64,000 nt of DNA from a virus. Where the stretch lies: IMG/VR virus record IMGVR_UViG_3300048892_000198, positions 1-64,000 of that record; one strand, written 5' to 3'. The notes beneath the pieces are model-generated. The model ran no database searches and was not told where the DNA came from. It saw only the letters and a program-made list of their open reading frames with translations. The position numbers and the translations under genes were made by a program. How positions within the stretch are numbered: the stretch's first letter is position 1; every line of letters begins with the position of its first letter. Positions 44,059-53,556 of the stretch are shown here, in pieces.

Positions 44059-46581
44059 TCATTTGAGCCGTTTTTTCAGCTCTTCGAAGAGCGCGCGGAG
44101 GTATTTCTTACCGTCACGGCGCAGGAATGGCGAATCTGGGTTTCCTGAGCGCTGAATAGCCAGGATCACGCGCTCGGCATCGGTGGAGCTCAAGAGGCCG
44201 GCGACGGTCTCTGCGCCAAAATTCTGAAACATCCCCGTCGCCAGATCGGGAACAGAGATGTTCGATTCGTAGGGCTCGAGCAATAGCTGCTCGGCCTGCA
44301 GGATCTGTTGGTCTTCTTCGAGCGCCCCTGGATCGATACCCTGCTGCGGGGGAGCCGTGGGCGCCGGCCCCATGGGCGGGGGCGGCGTGCTCGGTTGCGC
44401 CACCCTTGGCGGCGGCGCGCTCGGGGCAGGCGCAACGCGCGCCAGTTGTTGCATCTGGGGCGCGGGCTCGGGGGGAGGTGGCGGCACCGAGTAGCCCTGC
44501 GGGAAGTGCTGCACGGGCACTGGCATCGGCTGATGCTGCTGCGGGGGAGGCGGGGCTGGCACCACGTACTCGGGCTCCGGTTGCACCACGAAGGGATCCA
44601 TACCGGGGCTGATAGGCGCCGGGCCCACTTCCGACATGTGCCGCGGGACGAAGCCCGACTCGAGCGCGCGGCGACGATGCGCGGGTGGGAGGCCTGGAGC
44701 GACCAAGCCGTGAGAGGCCTGCTCGATCATTTCGTTGCGCCCCTGCTGGCGCGCGGCTTGGAGATCTTGAGCGCTCCGCTGCTTGAGCATTCCGCTGATG
44801 TTTTCGATGATGCTCGGCAGATTGCTGATGACGCCGCCTCCGGCTTTCATCAGCATCTGACTGATCGTTTCGGGCTCGGAGGAGCTCTCGGAAGCGTCGA
44901 TCATCCCGAACTCAGCTGCTTGCTCCTTGATCTTGGCGATCTTACCGACCACGTCTTTATTTTCTTCGGCGTCACGCTTGTAGCGCTCGACATCAGAGGC
45001 TGTGCGCTTGACCTCGCCGCGGGCGGTCTCGAGCCGCATCTCGTAGGAGGCCTTGAGCGACTCCATCGCCATCGCGTGCTGAGCCTTGAGCGAGTCCATG
45101 TCGCGCTGGTGGTTGCGCACCTCGGAGCTGAGTGCGATCTCGTGGTTGCGCGCTTCGGCGGCGGTGGCGGTCGTGTGCTGATGCTGCAGATCGCTCACGC
45201 GGCGATCGGCTTCGTCCTTGGCGCGCTGGATCTCGCGATCGGCACGCTCACGCAAGTCTCGCTCGAGTTGAGCCGAGCGATCGGAAAATTCTTTGATGCG
45301 AGCGTCGGCTCGAGCTTCCGCATCTCGGATGATTCGGTCGCCGCGGTCGCGCTCGTCCTTGATGCGCTGCTCGGCGCGATCGTGATCTTCTTTGCTCTGG
45401 CGATTGAGCCGGTCGAGCTCGCGGGCGTGATCGGCGCGCAGGGACTCGAGTGCTGCTGATGAGGCCCCCGGATCGCCTTGGAGATTTTTGCTGATGGCGA
45501 GGGCCGTATCGAGCTCGCTACGCTCAGGTTTTTTGGATGCAAATTTCTCTTCGAGATCTTTCTGCATCTGGCGCATCTCTTCTTGATGCTGGCGCTGCAT
45601 CTCGAGCGATTCGCGCCGAAACTCCGCCTGCGCGTCAGCGAGGGAGCGCGCCAGATCGGTGTTCTGCTTGGCGAGGGTGTTTTGCTCGCGCTCGCGATCC
45701 TTTTGCCGCTGCTCGTCACGCTCACGCTCGGCGTTTTTTCGCTTCTCTTCGCGTTCCTCGCGCGTGAGGGCCGCGTCGACTTCGATCTTGGCGACCTGGG
45801 CATCGGCGCTCGATACGGGGCGGCGGCTGTGGTGGAGTCCGGGCATGGTCTGGGTCATTTCGGCCTCGTCATCGTACACTTCACCTTCGAAACTGGGAAT
45901 ACCCGGAAACGTGACCGTCATGGGCTCGGTCAACGCCTTGGGAGGCACGCGGCCATCGGCGTTGAGCACGCCGCCGCGCTTAGGGGGACCGTAGACGATG
46001 AGCTTGTAGGTGCCGCCCCCATAGGTCGCCTGCCAATCGGCGAGCGTCATGGGTCCGGTGATGGGGCGCAAGATCCCAGCAACCTTGCGTCCACCGAAGA
46101 GCTTCGGATCTTTCCGCTCCACGTAGATGTACTGGTTGATGCCGTCGAGCGCGGGAAACATGCTGAAGAGATCGATCAGCGTCTCGGGCGCGGATAGGCT
46201 CGCCACGAAATCCGGCGGCGCGTCCTCGGTCGCGATGACCGGGCTGACGGTGATCCCCTCGCGCTTGTGGATGTCGGGCTCGGGGTGCGGCACTGCCTCG
46301 TCGCCGTCCGTGAAGAGCTCAATGCGAGAAGCGAGATCGGGCGCGGCGATCGGCTCTTCCTGCTCGGAGGAGGCGAGGGCTTGCAAGAATTCTGGGTGCG
46401 CTTCGGCTACCTCTGCGACCTCGCGAGATAGATGGCGCTGCGCTACCTCGTCGATCGACTTGGCGCGCTCCGCTACAGCCACCCGCACGGCGCGCACGAG
46501 CCGTTCGCCGCCGACTTCGATGGTGTCGGAGGTGTCGGGCACGAGGCGCCGCTTGGGCGGCGTAGCGGAAGGCTCGGGCAT
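44059..46581 (-). CDS. Large coiled-coil, Pro-rich protein, 840 aa (assembly or scaffold candidate)
   Basis: N-terminal globular part with YGGGTYKL; about 300 aa of E/R/K/Q coiled coil; Pro-rich linker. Confidence 0.8.
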   Translation of the reverse strand: MPEPSATPPKRRLVPDTSDTIEVGGERLVRAVRVAVAERAKSIDEVAQRHLSREVAEVAEAHPEFLQALASSEQEEPIAAPDLASRIELFTDGDEAVPHPEPDIHKREGITVSPVIATEDAPPDFVASLSAPETLIDLFSMFPALDGINQYIYVERKDPKLFGGRKVAGILRPITGPMTLADWQATYGGGTYKLIVYGPPKRGGVLNADGRVPPKALTEPMTVTFPGIPSFEGEVYDDEAEMTQTMPGLHHSRRPVSSADAQVAKIEVDAALTREEREEKRKNAERERDEQRQKDREREQNTLAKQNTDLARSLADAQAEFRRESLEMQRQHQEEMRQMQKDLEEKFASKKPERSELDTALAISKNLQGDPGASSAALESLRADHARELDRLNRQSKEDHDRAEQRIKDERDRGDRIIRDAEARADARIKEFSDRSAQLERDLRERADREIQRAKDEADRRVSDLQHQHTTATAAEARNHEIALSSEVRNHQRDMDSLKAQHAMAMESLKASYEMRLETARGEVKRTASDVERYKRDAEENKDVVGKIAKIKEQAAEFGMIDASESSSEPETISQMLMKAGGGVISNLPSIIENISGMLKQRSAQDLQAARQQGRNEMIEQASHGLVAPGLPPAHRRRALESGFVPRHMSEVGPAPISPGMDPFVVQPEPEYVVPAPPPPQQHQPMPVPVQHFPQGYSVPPPPPEPAPQMQQLARVAPAPSAPPPRVAQPSTPPPPMGPAPTAPPQQGIDPGALEEDQQILQAEQLLLEPYESNISVPDLATGMFQNFGAETVAGLLSSTDAERVILAIQRSGNPDSPFLRRDGKKYLRALFEELKKRLK

Positions 46582-47051
46582 CAGGTCTCGTCCGGATCGT
46601 CCTCTGGATCGAGCTCGGCCGTCACCTCGTCAATGAAGGCGATCGCCTCGTGCGCGCGCGCTTGGAGCGCAGCGAACTCTCCGCTCGATGCGGGGATCGC
46701 CGCAACCAGCGCCTCGATCGTCTCCTTCAGCCGAGCGGCGTCTTCTGGCATGAGCGTCGACTCGCCGCCGAGCGCTTCCTCGATCTCATCGAGCTTGGCG
46801 TCGACCTCGCCACCCCACTCGAAGTGTTCCTTGTGCGCGTCGAAGGCGTACTTCGACTGGTCGGCGAGGATCGAAAACATCTCCCCCACCTCAGTCGCGA
46901 GCGCCGCTGGATCATTGAGCGCGCCCGAGGTGAGCTTCTTCTTGAATGCTTCGTACGCATCGGAGGCGTCGCTCGCGAGTCCCCTGAGCAAGCTCAAGAC
47001 TTCGTCGGGTTCAGTAGGAGGGGCGGTGACTGCTGCTAATTTCGGGGCCAT
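46581..47051 (-). CDS. Acidic helical protein
   Basis: GGAG RBS; 156 aa. Confidence 0.75.
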   Translation of the reverse strand: MAPKLAAVTAPPTEPDEVLSLLRGLASDASDAYEAFKKKLTSGALNDPAALATEVGEMFSILADQSKYAFDAHKEHFEWGGEVDAKLDEIEEALGGESTLMPEDAARLKETIEALVAAIPASSGEFAALQARAHEAIAFIDEVTAELDPEDDPDET

Positions 47052-47075
47052 GTGTTCTCCGTTGTGGTGTTCGCA

Positions 47076-47819
47076 TTAACCGAGGATGCCGAGCGACTCG
47101 TGCTCGCGCTCGAGTGCGTCGTCGACATTGAAGCTGCCGGCGGCAACGCGCTCGTTCGCTTGCTGCACTTTGAGCGCATCGAAGTCATCCAAGATCTTCT
47201 CGGACTCGAGGTGGCGCGGACTCCGAAGGCTGCAGGCGAAGATCGCCGCGTCGCCGACCGAGTAGTACTCGCCCGTCTCGGACCTCATCGCCAAGCATGA
47301 GCGCGTGAGGAAGCGGCGAGTGCGGTCCGCGCTGATATCGGTCATCATGCGCAGGTAGTGCCCGCAAGCGGGGCGGATGGGCTCGACCTGCACGACGGTC
47401 GATAGCTGACCGTCGACCATTGCCTTCATGCTGCAGTGGCTGCCATACAGGAAGGTCGTGAAGTTTTCTCGGCTCTGGCCGCCTCCTACTTCTCGATCTG
47501 GGTAAGTCGCATTCACGGTCTGCATCAGCCGCGCCGTCGAGACGAAATACCGCCCGTCCGGCGCGCGCTGCACCTCCGCGGGCTCGAAGCTCACATAGAC
47601 CGACCCGTCGGAATTGCGGATCACGAAGCTCCGCTTGTCCTCCATGCACACAAGCGTGTCGACGGCGAGCGGCGGGGGTCGGTCCTCGTTGTCAGGCGCG
47701 ACCGGCACCGGGAGGCGATCGTTCGGGTCGATCCCGAAGGTGACCGGCACCTCCGACCCCTGATGGAGCTCATCATTGGGTTTGGGCGCCGTAAACTTCG
47801 AAAAGTCTTCTTCTGACAT
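47076..47819 (-). CDS. Hypothetical protein
   Basis: 247-aa ORF in operon. Confidence 0.7.
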   Translation of the reverse strand: MSEEDFSKFTAPKPNDELHQGSEVPVTFGIDPNDRLPVPVAPDNEDRPPPLAVDTLVCMEDKRSFVIRNSDGSVYVSFEPAEVQRAPDGRYFVSTARLMQTVNATYPDREVGGGQSRENFTTFLYGSHCSMKAMVDGQLSTVVQVEPIRPACGHYLRMMTDISADRTRRFLTRSCLAMRSETGEYYSVGDAAIFACSLRSPRHLESEKILDDFDALKVQQANERVAAGSFNVDDALEREHESLGILG

Positions 47820-47822
47820 TTG

Positions 47823-48383
47823 TCAAGCTCTTTCAGTTGATCCTGTCGGACCAGGAACGTCTAGCTGTACCGGCAATGTGCCGTTGCGCGCTAACACCGG
47901 GGTTACGTGCCCCTCCACGTACTGTTCGTGGGTTTCCCGGATGATACTTGGCATCTCGATGTTTACCCCGCGCTTGGCGAGCTCCTGGTGCAGGTAAGCG
48001 ATCCCGCTCATCATGAGCACCTGGGCGTTACCGTGACCGATAGCCTGTTCGTCGTAGAGCTTCCAGGCTGTATCGCGCTCTTGCAGTATCCCTGCAATCG
48101 ATCGGCGATGCTCTTCGGCCCGACGCGCAAAATCTTCGCGCTCCCAGGTCGTGCGCTCGAGTTGTCGGGTGAGATCTTGAACCAGCACGGCCGCATCTTC
48201 GTGCTCGGCGAGCAACGCACGGAGCTCGGAATTGATCTCGTCGGCCGCCTCAAGTGCGCGGGTGTGGCGATCATTGGAGGCCTGAAGCTCCTTGACCTCA
48301 CCCCAGAACCGCCAAAACATGAGCGCCGCGCCGACTGCCATCGACGCGACAATAATCATGCCATAATGAACTGCTAGCCACAT
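47823..48383 (-). CDS. N-terminally anchored coiled-coil protein
   Basis: TM followed by a heptad region. Confidence 0.7.
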   Translation of the reverse strand: MWLAVHYGMIIVASMAVGAALMFWRFWGEVKELQASNDRHTRALEAADEINSELRALLAEHEDAAVLVQDLTRQLERTTWEREDFARRAEEHRRSIAGILQERDTAWKLYDEQAIGHGNAQVLMMSGIAYLHQELAKRGVNIEMPSIIRETHEQYVEGHVTPVLARNGTLPVQLDVPGPTGSTERA

Positions 48384-48416
48384 TTGTCGATACTTCCTAG
48401 CGTTTCACGTGAAAAA

Positions 48417-48674
48417 TCAGTCGAGCGCCTGGCCGGTCAGGGCCTTTTGCTCTTCGCGAAGGATGGCCTGACAGCGATCTTCGGCATCGGGCTCGTGCTC
48501 CCAGGCCTCTGGAATGAACAGCGCCACGACCTCGGTATCCACCTTCACCACCTCGAACGCCTCCGGCAGGTCCGAGCGCTTGATCTTGCCCACAAAGGCC
48601 ATCGCAATGTCTCCGCCCATGGCGAGCGCTTTGCGCGCTGCCACCCGGAACCGCGCCTCTTCCTCGCTCGTCAC
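48417..48674 (-). CDS. Small hypothetical protein
   Basis: GTGA-coupled; GGAGG RBS. Confidence 0.6.
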   Translation of the reverse strand: MTSEEEARFRVAARKALAMGGDIAMAFVGKIKRSDLPEAFEVVKVDTEVVALFIPEAWEHEPDAEDRCQAILREEQKALTGQALD

Positions 48675-49216
48675 TGGGCCTCCCCCGAAGCCCGGTAAAC
48701 GAGGCCTCCGGTCAGGGCAATGGCCACGGCCAGCACGCTTTTCTTGTCCTCGGTGTCGAGGGGCTCCGCAATGAACCGGTCACAGACCCGAAGCCAGCTT
48801 TCGCGATGGGCGGGCACGAGAACTTGTTGCATGCGGTGGTCAGTGACGGGCATCGTCGGGATCTGGAAGCGGCGAGCGAGGTGAGTAACCATCACACTCA
48901 CCGCGCGCACGTGTTCGGGGGGTTCTTTTGGATTGCATGGCGGCCCAATGGCGAGCGCTGCCCAAGGCTTTTTGGCCCTCCCGAACGGCACCAGGACCCG
49001 CTCGAAGACGACCTCCAAGATCAGGTGATGGACATACGCCTTTTTTGTGAGCTCGACCAGACCCTTGAGGAAACCTGCCTCATCGTCCCGCCCAGGGAGC
49101 TTGGGGCCAAGCAGCACGTCCTTGTCCAGGACAATGGCGGGCGCGGGCACGCGGGGAAACTCCAGCACCGCGTAGGTGAGCGCCTTGAGCCCAGGGGCGA
49201 CGCCGATGACGATCAT
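48671..49216 (-). CDS. RuvC Holliday-junction-resolvase-like protein, predicted inactive
   Basis: MIVIGVAPGL..LTYAVL where RuvC has GIDPG; C-terminal KSVLAVAI where RuvC has DALAxA. Confidence 0.6.
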   Translation of the reverse strand: MIVIGVAPGLKALTYAVLEFPRVPAPAIVLDKDVLLGPKLPGRDDEAGFLKGLVELTKKAYVHHLILEVVFERVLVPFGRAKKPWAALAIGPPCNPKEPPEHVRAVSVMVTHLARRFQIPTMPVTDHRMQQVLVPAHRESWLRVCDRFIAEPLDTEDKKSVLAVAIALTGGLVYRASGEAQ

Positions 49217-49510
49217 TCAGCGCGCGGGGTCCCGGGTCATTGCTGGACCGTAAGCCTAGCGCCTGGAAACGCGAGTGGTCAACCACGAGTGGCAAAATTG
49301 TCCGATGGTAGGCCCCCACTCCCTAGCGTTCAAGCCGCCGCGCTCTTCATGCACCGCGCGCCGACACTGAGCAGGAAGGCCACGATGCGTTCCCCCTGGA
49401 GACAGGCCTCGCAGTATTGGTGCTCGCAGCCGCAGGGGGCCTGCACCGAGCGAAGGGCGCGAGCCGGGTGCGGCACCAGGCAGCAGTAGCAACGGGCGGT
49501 TTCCATCCGT

Positions 49511-50728
49511 TCATTGTGGGCCAGGAAGAGGACTCTCCGCAAGGGCAAGCAATGACCGCGCGACGACCGAGCGGAGCTCGTTCACGCCGGACACCTGGAA
49601 GCGAGTGAAAATGTCATGGGTCTGCCTGCCGATGGTGCGCGGCGCCGTCGCTCGTAGAAACGAGAGCTCGGTCGTGTCGGCGCCATCGAGCAGATGACGA
49701 GCGATCTCGCCCTCCGCTCGAGTCAACCCCTCGAGCAGCCGCGGCTGCCGCGTGAATTCTATCAAGCAGGGGGAGGCAAGGTGTTCGATCGACGCTTGCA
49801 CGCGCGGAGCTTGCGACAAGAGCGGGATGATGAGCGGCACGCGCTTGGTCATGCACGCGACCCCGATCTGCGCCAAGGCGTCGGTGAGCAGGCGCGACAG
49901 GCTCGCTCGAGAGACCTGAAACTCCGCTCCAATTGCCTTGGCATGTCCGGTCGTCAGCCAGCGCTCCAGCACCAGGCGATCGCGGCCGGCGAGCGGTGTG
50001 CCCTGGTTACGACGGATCTCGATCCCGAAGACGTATTCGGTCGCGTACAGGCGACCGATGCGCCAGCTGCCCTGGCAGAGGCATTCCCAGACCGCGCCGA
50101 GCACGCGGAAATCATCCTTCACGCAATGGGGGTTGGGAGGCGGCAGAGTGGACGGGCGTGGGCGACGGATTCTCTCCGGTGATGCTTGCAGTAAGAGCGC
50201 GACGGCGCGGGCCTGCAGCTGGCTCACGCGGGGCTCGGAGATCCCGAGCTCGACTCCTATCTCGCGCTGCTTTGCGCCAGAGGCAACGCGCTGAATGATG
50301 ATCTTCAAACGATCGGGCAAGCGCTCGAATGCCGCCGCACGCTCCCGGATCTGGGCGATCGCGTCCAGGCGCTCATCGGGCGGCGTATCCCATGAGACCA
50401 AGAGCGCCTGATCCCCGAACGACAACTCATCGAGCCTCACGACCGATGGAGCCACAGTATCTTTTGATTGAGCCCGCGAGCGCGCGCGACGCGGCAGCCA
50501 GTCCTGAGTGCGGAGCTCGTCGATCACAGCCCCCCGCACGCGCACACGCAGGTACCACTCGAAGCCTTCACGGTTTCGGTCCGCGTTGACCGCCTGCCAC
50601 AGGCCGAGGAAGGCCGCTGCTTCCAGATCTTCGTAGAGCACGTTCCGGGGGAGCTTGCGCATAAACCCCTGAGCGATTCGCTTGGCTACCGGTCGATACT
50701 GCGCGAATAACTCCTCCGCATCGGACAT
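49511..50728 (-). CDS. FliA/WhiG-type sigma-70 factor fused to two LuxR-like HTHs
   Basis: EDL...GLWQAV, RVRGAVIDELRTQDWLPRR, region 4 QREIGVELGISEPRVSQL; then AKAIGAEFQVS and LTRAEGEIARHLLDG...RTIGRQ. Confidence 0.85.
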   Translation of the reverse strand: MSDAEELFAQYRPVAKRIAQGFMRKLPRNVLYEDLEAAAFLGLWQAVNADRNREGFEWYLRVRVRGAVIDELRTQDWLPRRARSRAQSKDTVAPSVVRLDELSFGDQALLVSWDTPPDERLDAIAQIRERAAAFERLPDRLKIIIQRVASGAKQREIGVELGISEPRVSQLQARAVALLLQASPERIRRPRPSTLPPPNPHCVKDDFRVLGAVWECLCQGSWRIGRLYATEYVFGIEIRRNQGTPLAGRDRLVLERWLTTGHAKAIGAEFQVSRASLSRLLTDALAQIGVACMTKRVPLIIPLLSQAPRVQASIEHLASPCLIEFTRQPRLLEGLTRAEGEIARHLLDGADTTELSFLRATAPRTIGRQTHDIFTRFQVSGVNELRSVVARSLLALAESPLPGPQ

Positions 50729-50734
50729 GGGGAT

Positions 50735-51028
50735 CTAAGGCGGAGGCGCCTCATCCGAGCAGGCGTCAGCGGCTTGACAAGAAGTCGCCTGCGCTTGGCA
50801 GCGTGGGTTTTCCGAAGCGTAGCCGGAGGACTCGGTGTTCTCGCAAACAGCTTCGCAGGTGGCGCCCTTCGGAGTGGGATCACCCGCGGGGCAGTGCAGG
50901 ATCTGAAGGTGCGCACACATCACGATGCAGTCGCTGACCGTGCCCGCCTGGAGCGGTCCGTTGTGATTGACCGGGGGCGTGAGCGCACTCGAGCAAGACG
51001 CGAGCAAGACGACGGCGATGAATCTCAT
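50735..51028 (-). CDS. Cys-rich putative lipoprotein
   Basis: LLASC lipobox-like; multiple Cys. Confidence 0.65.
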   Translation of the reverse strand: MRFIAVVLLASCSSALTPPVNHNGPLQAGTVSDCIVMCAHLQILHCPAGDPTPKGATCEAVCENTESSGYASENPRCQAQATSCQAADACSDEAPPP

Positions 51029-51783
51029 AGGAATGGCCCCACATCCACGGCCACGAAGCCGAGGCTTGACTTGACGTACCCTTCAGTGAGCCGGCAGCGG
51101 CCGTTGTCGCGCCAGTTCACGTCGTAGTGATTGAGGACCCCGAAGGTGCCGTCTGCCCCGTAGTCTTCGAGCACCATGGCGTGGCTCCCCACGATGTCGG
51201 TCGTCGGCGTGTCGATAAGAGTCGGGCCGCTGTCTTTTTCGAAGTCTCGGTTGACCTGCCAGGCCCCGATGACCGGGATCCCCTTGGAGATCGCATGGCG
51301 CACGGTGACGGCGTCCGAGCGATCGATCGAGTAGTAGCCCCGAAGCCCGCGACGATCGTAACCGTCGTGGAGCGCTGTTCCGCTCACGCGCGAGTTGATG
51401 CGCATGAGGTTGAAGGGCCAGACCTCTTCGGAGCAGAGCCCGAAGCGCGTGACGGCCGTGCCCATGGCCTCGAAACTCATCCCCGCGTCGGTGTCCTCGA
51501 GCCCCATCGACGCCCGGCCAAGCTTGTAGGGAAAGAGCCCGCTCAGATCCGGGCACTCGATGCCCTTCTTCAGGCACGCGAGACGGAAGGCCTGAGCGAT
51601 CGAGAAGCCGACGCAGGCATCCGAGGCGCTCTGGTATTTCGCCTGCACGCGATCGTCGCGCACGCTGGCCGAGAGGGGGAAGGAAGGCTCGGCGCCGATG
51701 AGCGCCGAGAGCGGCCGCGTCGTCGGCGCAAACGGCGCCTCAATGAAGCCTCGACCCCTAGCCATCACCACGTCGTCGGTCAT
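51025..51783 (-). CDS. Papain-like C1 cysteine peptidase
   Basis: QSASDACVGF, GSHAMVLEDY, VLNHY..NW..NG. Confidence 0.85.
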   Translation of the reverse strand: MTDDVVMARGRGFIEAPFAPTTRPLSALIGAEPSFPLSASVRDDRVQAKYQSASDACVGFSIAQAFRLACLKKGIECPDLSGLFPYKLGRASMGLEDTDAGMSFEAMGTAVTRFGLCSEEVWPFNLMRINSRVSGTALHDGYDRRGLRGYYSIDRSDAVTVRHAISKGIPVIGAWQVNRDFEKDSGPTLIDTPTTDIVGSHAMVLEDYGADGTFGVLNHYDVNWRDNGRCRLTEGYVKSSLGFVAVDVGPFL

Positions 51784-52217
51784 GACTGAATGCGGAGCCC
51801 GATCACACGGGGAACAGGGAAAGCGTCGGCCCCGGCAGTGCCGACGCCAACGAGTCCGGCGCCTATGGGGGAGATGCCGCGCGTCTTCAGGAAAGCGGTC
51901 AGGGTCTGGTAGGCGGCCGCGAAATCGGCGAAGGCAGCGTCGTACTGCCCCTGGTCAACCTGCTTCAGATCGCTCACGGTGCGCCCACCGAGCAGGAGCG
52001 CCTGGTTGGCCGCCGCCAAGAGCTGATCGTATTCGGCACGATCGGTGGGAGAGACCGGATGCGTCACCTGATATGCATCGAACACCGACTCAATCCCATT
52101 GAGCACGAGCGACGAGTCGGTAACGGCTGATTGAATGACCGGGATCGCGCTCGAGAGCGCACTGCAACCGGTCAGCGTGAGCACGAATAGGCAGAGCGCC
52201 CCGAGCAAGGTCTTCAT
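51780..52217 (-). CDS. Lipoprotein
   Basis: MKTLLGALCLFVLTLTGC lipobox; promoter TTGCGA-N18-TAAGAT at 52226-52255. Confidence 0.75.
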   Translation of the reverse strand: MKTLLGALCLFVLTLTGCSALSSAIPVIQSAVTDSSLVLNGIESVFDAYQVTHPVSPTDRAEYDQLLAAANQALLLGGRTVSDLKQVDQGQYDAAFADFAAAYQTLTAFLKTRGISPIGAGLVGVGTAGADAFPVPRVIGLRIQS

Positions 52218-52258
52218 GGCCGAAGATCTTAGGCTACTCCGCCTTGCTCTCGCAAGTT

Positions 52259-52555
52259 TTAGTCGTCCGAGTAGCCGATGGCGGATCGCCGCGGGGGGTC
52301 AGCGCGCGCTTGAAGGCCTTGGAGCCGTAGGCGCAGGCGGAGCTCCTTGTCGATCTCATCGAGCAGCTGCGGGGGAAGTGGGAGAAGCTGCGAGTGCGGG
52401 TACCGCACGTATTTTCCCGCATCCCACACGCCGGCAGCGATTTGACCCGTCGAGTCGTGGAGCGACACCTGCACGCCTTTGACCTTGACGTGCACGTGGA
52501 TGCACTCGCCTTTGGGCAGGTGAGCGACGGCGCGGAAGTCGAAGTCTTCGCTCAT
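52259..52555 (-). CDS. Hypothetical protein
   Basis: ATGA-coupled start MSEDFDF. Confidence 0.55.
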   Translation of the reverse strand: MSEDFDFRAVAHLPKGECIHVHVKVKGVQVSLHDSTGQIAAGVWDAGKYVRYPHSQLLPLPPQLLDEIDKELRLRLRLQGLQARADPPRRSAIGYSDD

Positions 52556-53184
52556 GGCGGCATGTACTCTGGGCAGAAGAGTGACTCGATCGACAGGGTG
52601 AGCTCTCCGCATGCGCAAGAACGTCCTGGCCCCGGGAGTTGGTTCTGGGTTTCCCATGGAACCACTTGCCCGCACGTTTGGCAGACCCATTCATGCTCGA
52701 TCCTCTTCTGGGAGCAGTTCTCGCAGCGGTTCTGAAAGACCTTACTCTGCTGGAAGAAGGCCCTCACTTTCGGTTCAGGGCCCTTCCAACCGTGAGCCCG
52801 GAGCACGCCTTCGATGTCGGGCGGCGTCCAGCCTTCGGGCTTCAAGATCTTTCCATCCGCTCGGCGCATCACCTTGAAGGTGCCGTCGGGTTGCAGCACG
52901 GCTTTCGCCATATTGGAGCGCTGCACCTCGTCCCAAAGCGCGTGGATTGGAAGCCCAAACTCGAGCGCTGTGCCGACCAGCACATAGATCGAGTCGATGA
53001 TGCCATCGGCGACCTCGACGAGATCGCGGGCAGCGAGCCCCTCCAGGAATTCCTTCGTCTCTTCGCTGACGAGCTTCTCTCGTAAATCGACACGCTCCAT
53101 TCCCGGAAACCCCGGCACCTTCAGGTCGGGCGCGTCCGTGACCTCGTGGAAGCGCGCCACGTCGTACTCCCAATCGATCGTCAT
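52552..53184 (-). CDS. MazG-like/PRA-PH nucleotide pyrophosphohydrolase with C-terminal zinc ribbon
   Basis: LVSEETKEF, EVADGIIDSIYV, EVQRSNMAK, DGKILKPEGW. Confidence 0.9.
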   Translation of the reverse strand: MTIDWEYDVARFHEVTDAPDLKVPGFPGMERVDLREKLVSEETKEFLEGLAARDLVEVADGIIDSIYVLVGTALEFGLPIHALWDEVQRSNMAKAVLQPDGTFKVMRRADGKILKPEGWTPPDIEGVLRAHGWKGPEPKVRAFFQQSKVFQNRCENCSQKRIEHEWVCQTCGQVVPWETQNQLPGPGRSCACGELTLSIESLFCPEYMPP

Positions 53185-53543
53185 AGCGGGATCTCCACGA
53201 CGGTCCAGCCAGGCTGGCGCATCATCTCCCGCACGACCGCCTCGAAGTCCCAAAGCGCGCACCGGGCAAGGTCAGTCCTGTCTCCGTAGCTGACGCAGTG
53301 CACCCCATCTCGCACTCGGCGCGGATTTAACCTGGTCTCGATCACTTTCTCTACCTCAGGCCAGAGCGCGCCGTGCCCGAACACCTCAAGATCGGTGCCG
53401 TTCCAGCGAGCGTCCACGGTCGCGCTCGTGCGCGTCACCCTCGACATCCCACCGATCTTCGATTCTATCGTTTCGGAGGACTCCCTCGTCACGAGCACTC
53501 GAGCATGCTGCCCGAGCGTCATCGCTTTCCAATTGAGCATCAT
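53181..53543 (-). CDS. Hypothetical protein
   Basis: Fills the gap between dnaB and the MazG-like gene; start uncertain. Confidence 0.55.
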   Translation of the reverse strand: MMLNWKAMTLGQHARVLVTRESSETIESKIGGMSRVTRTSATVDARWNGTDLEVFGHGALWPEVEKVIETRLNPRRVRDGVHCVSYGDRTDLARCALWDFEAVVREMMRQPGWTVVEIPL

Positions 53544-53556
53544 CGTCGTTGTTCTC

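Noticed and set aside
44059-46581. Tape-measure protein
   Set aside because: Charged coiled coil with a Pro-rich region, lacking Ala/Gly-rich tape-measure repeats; no neighbouring tail genes
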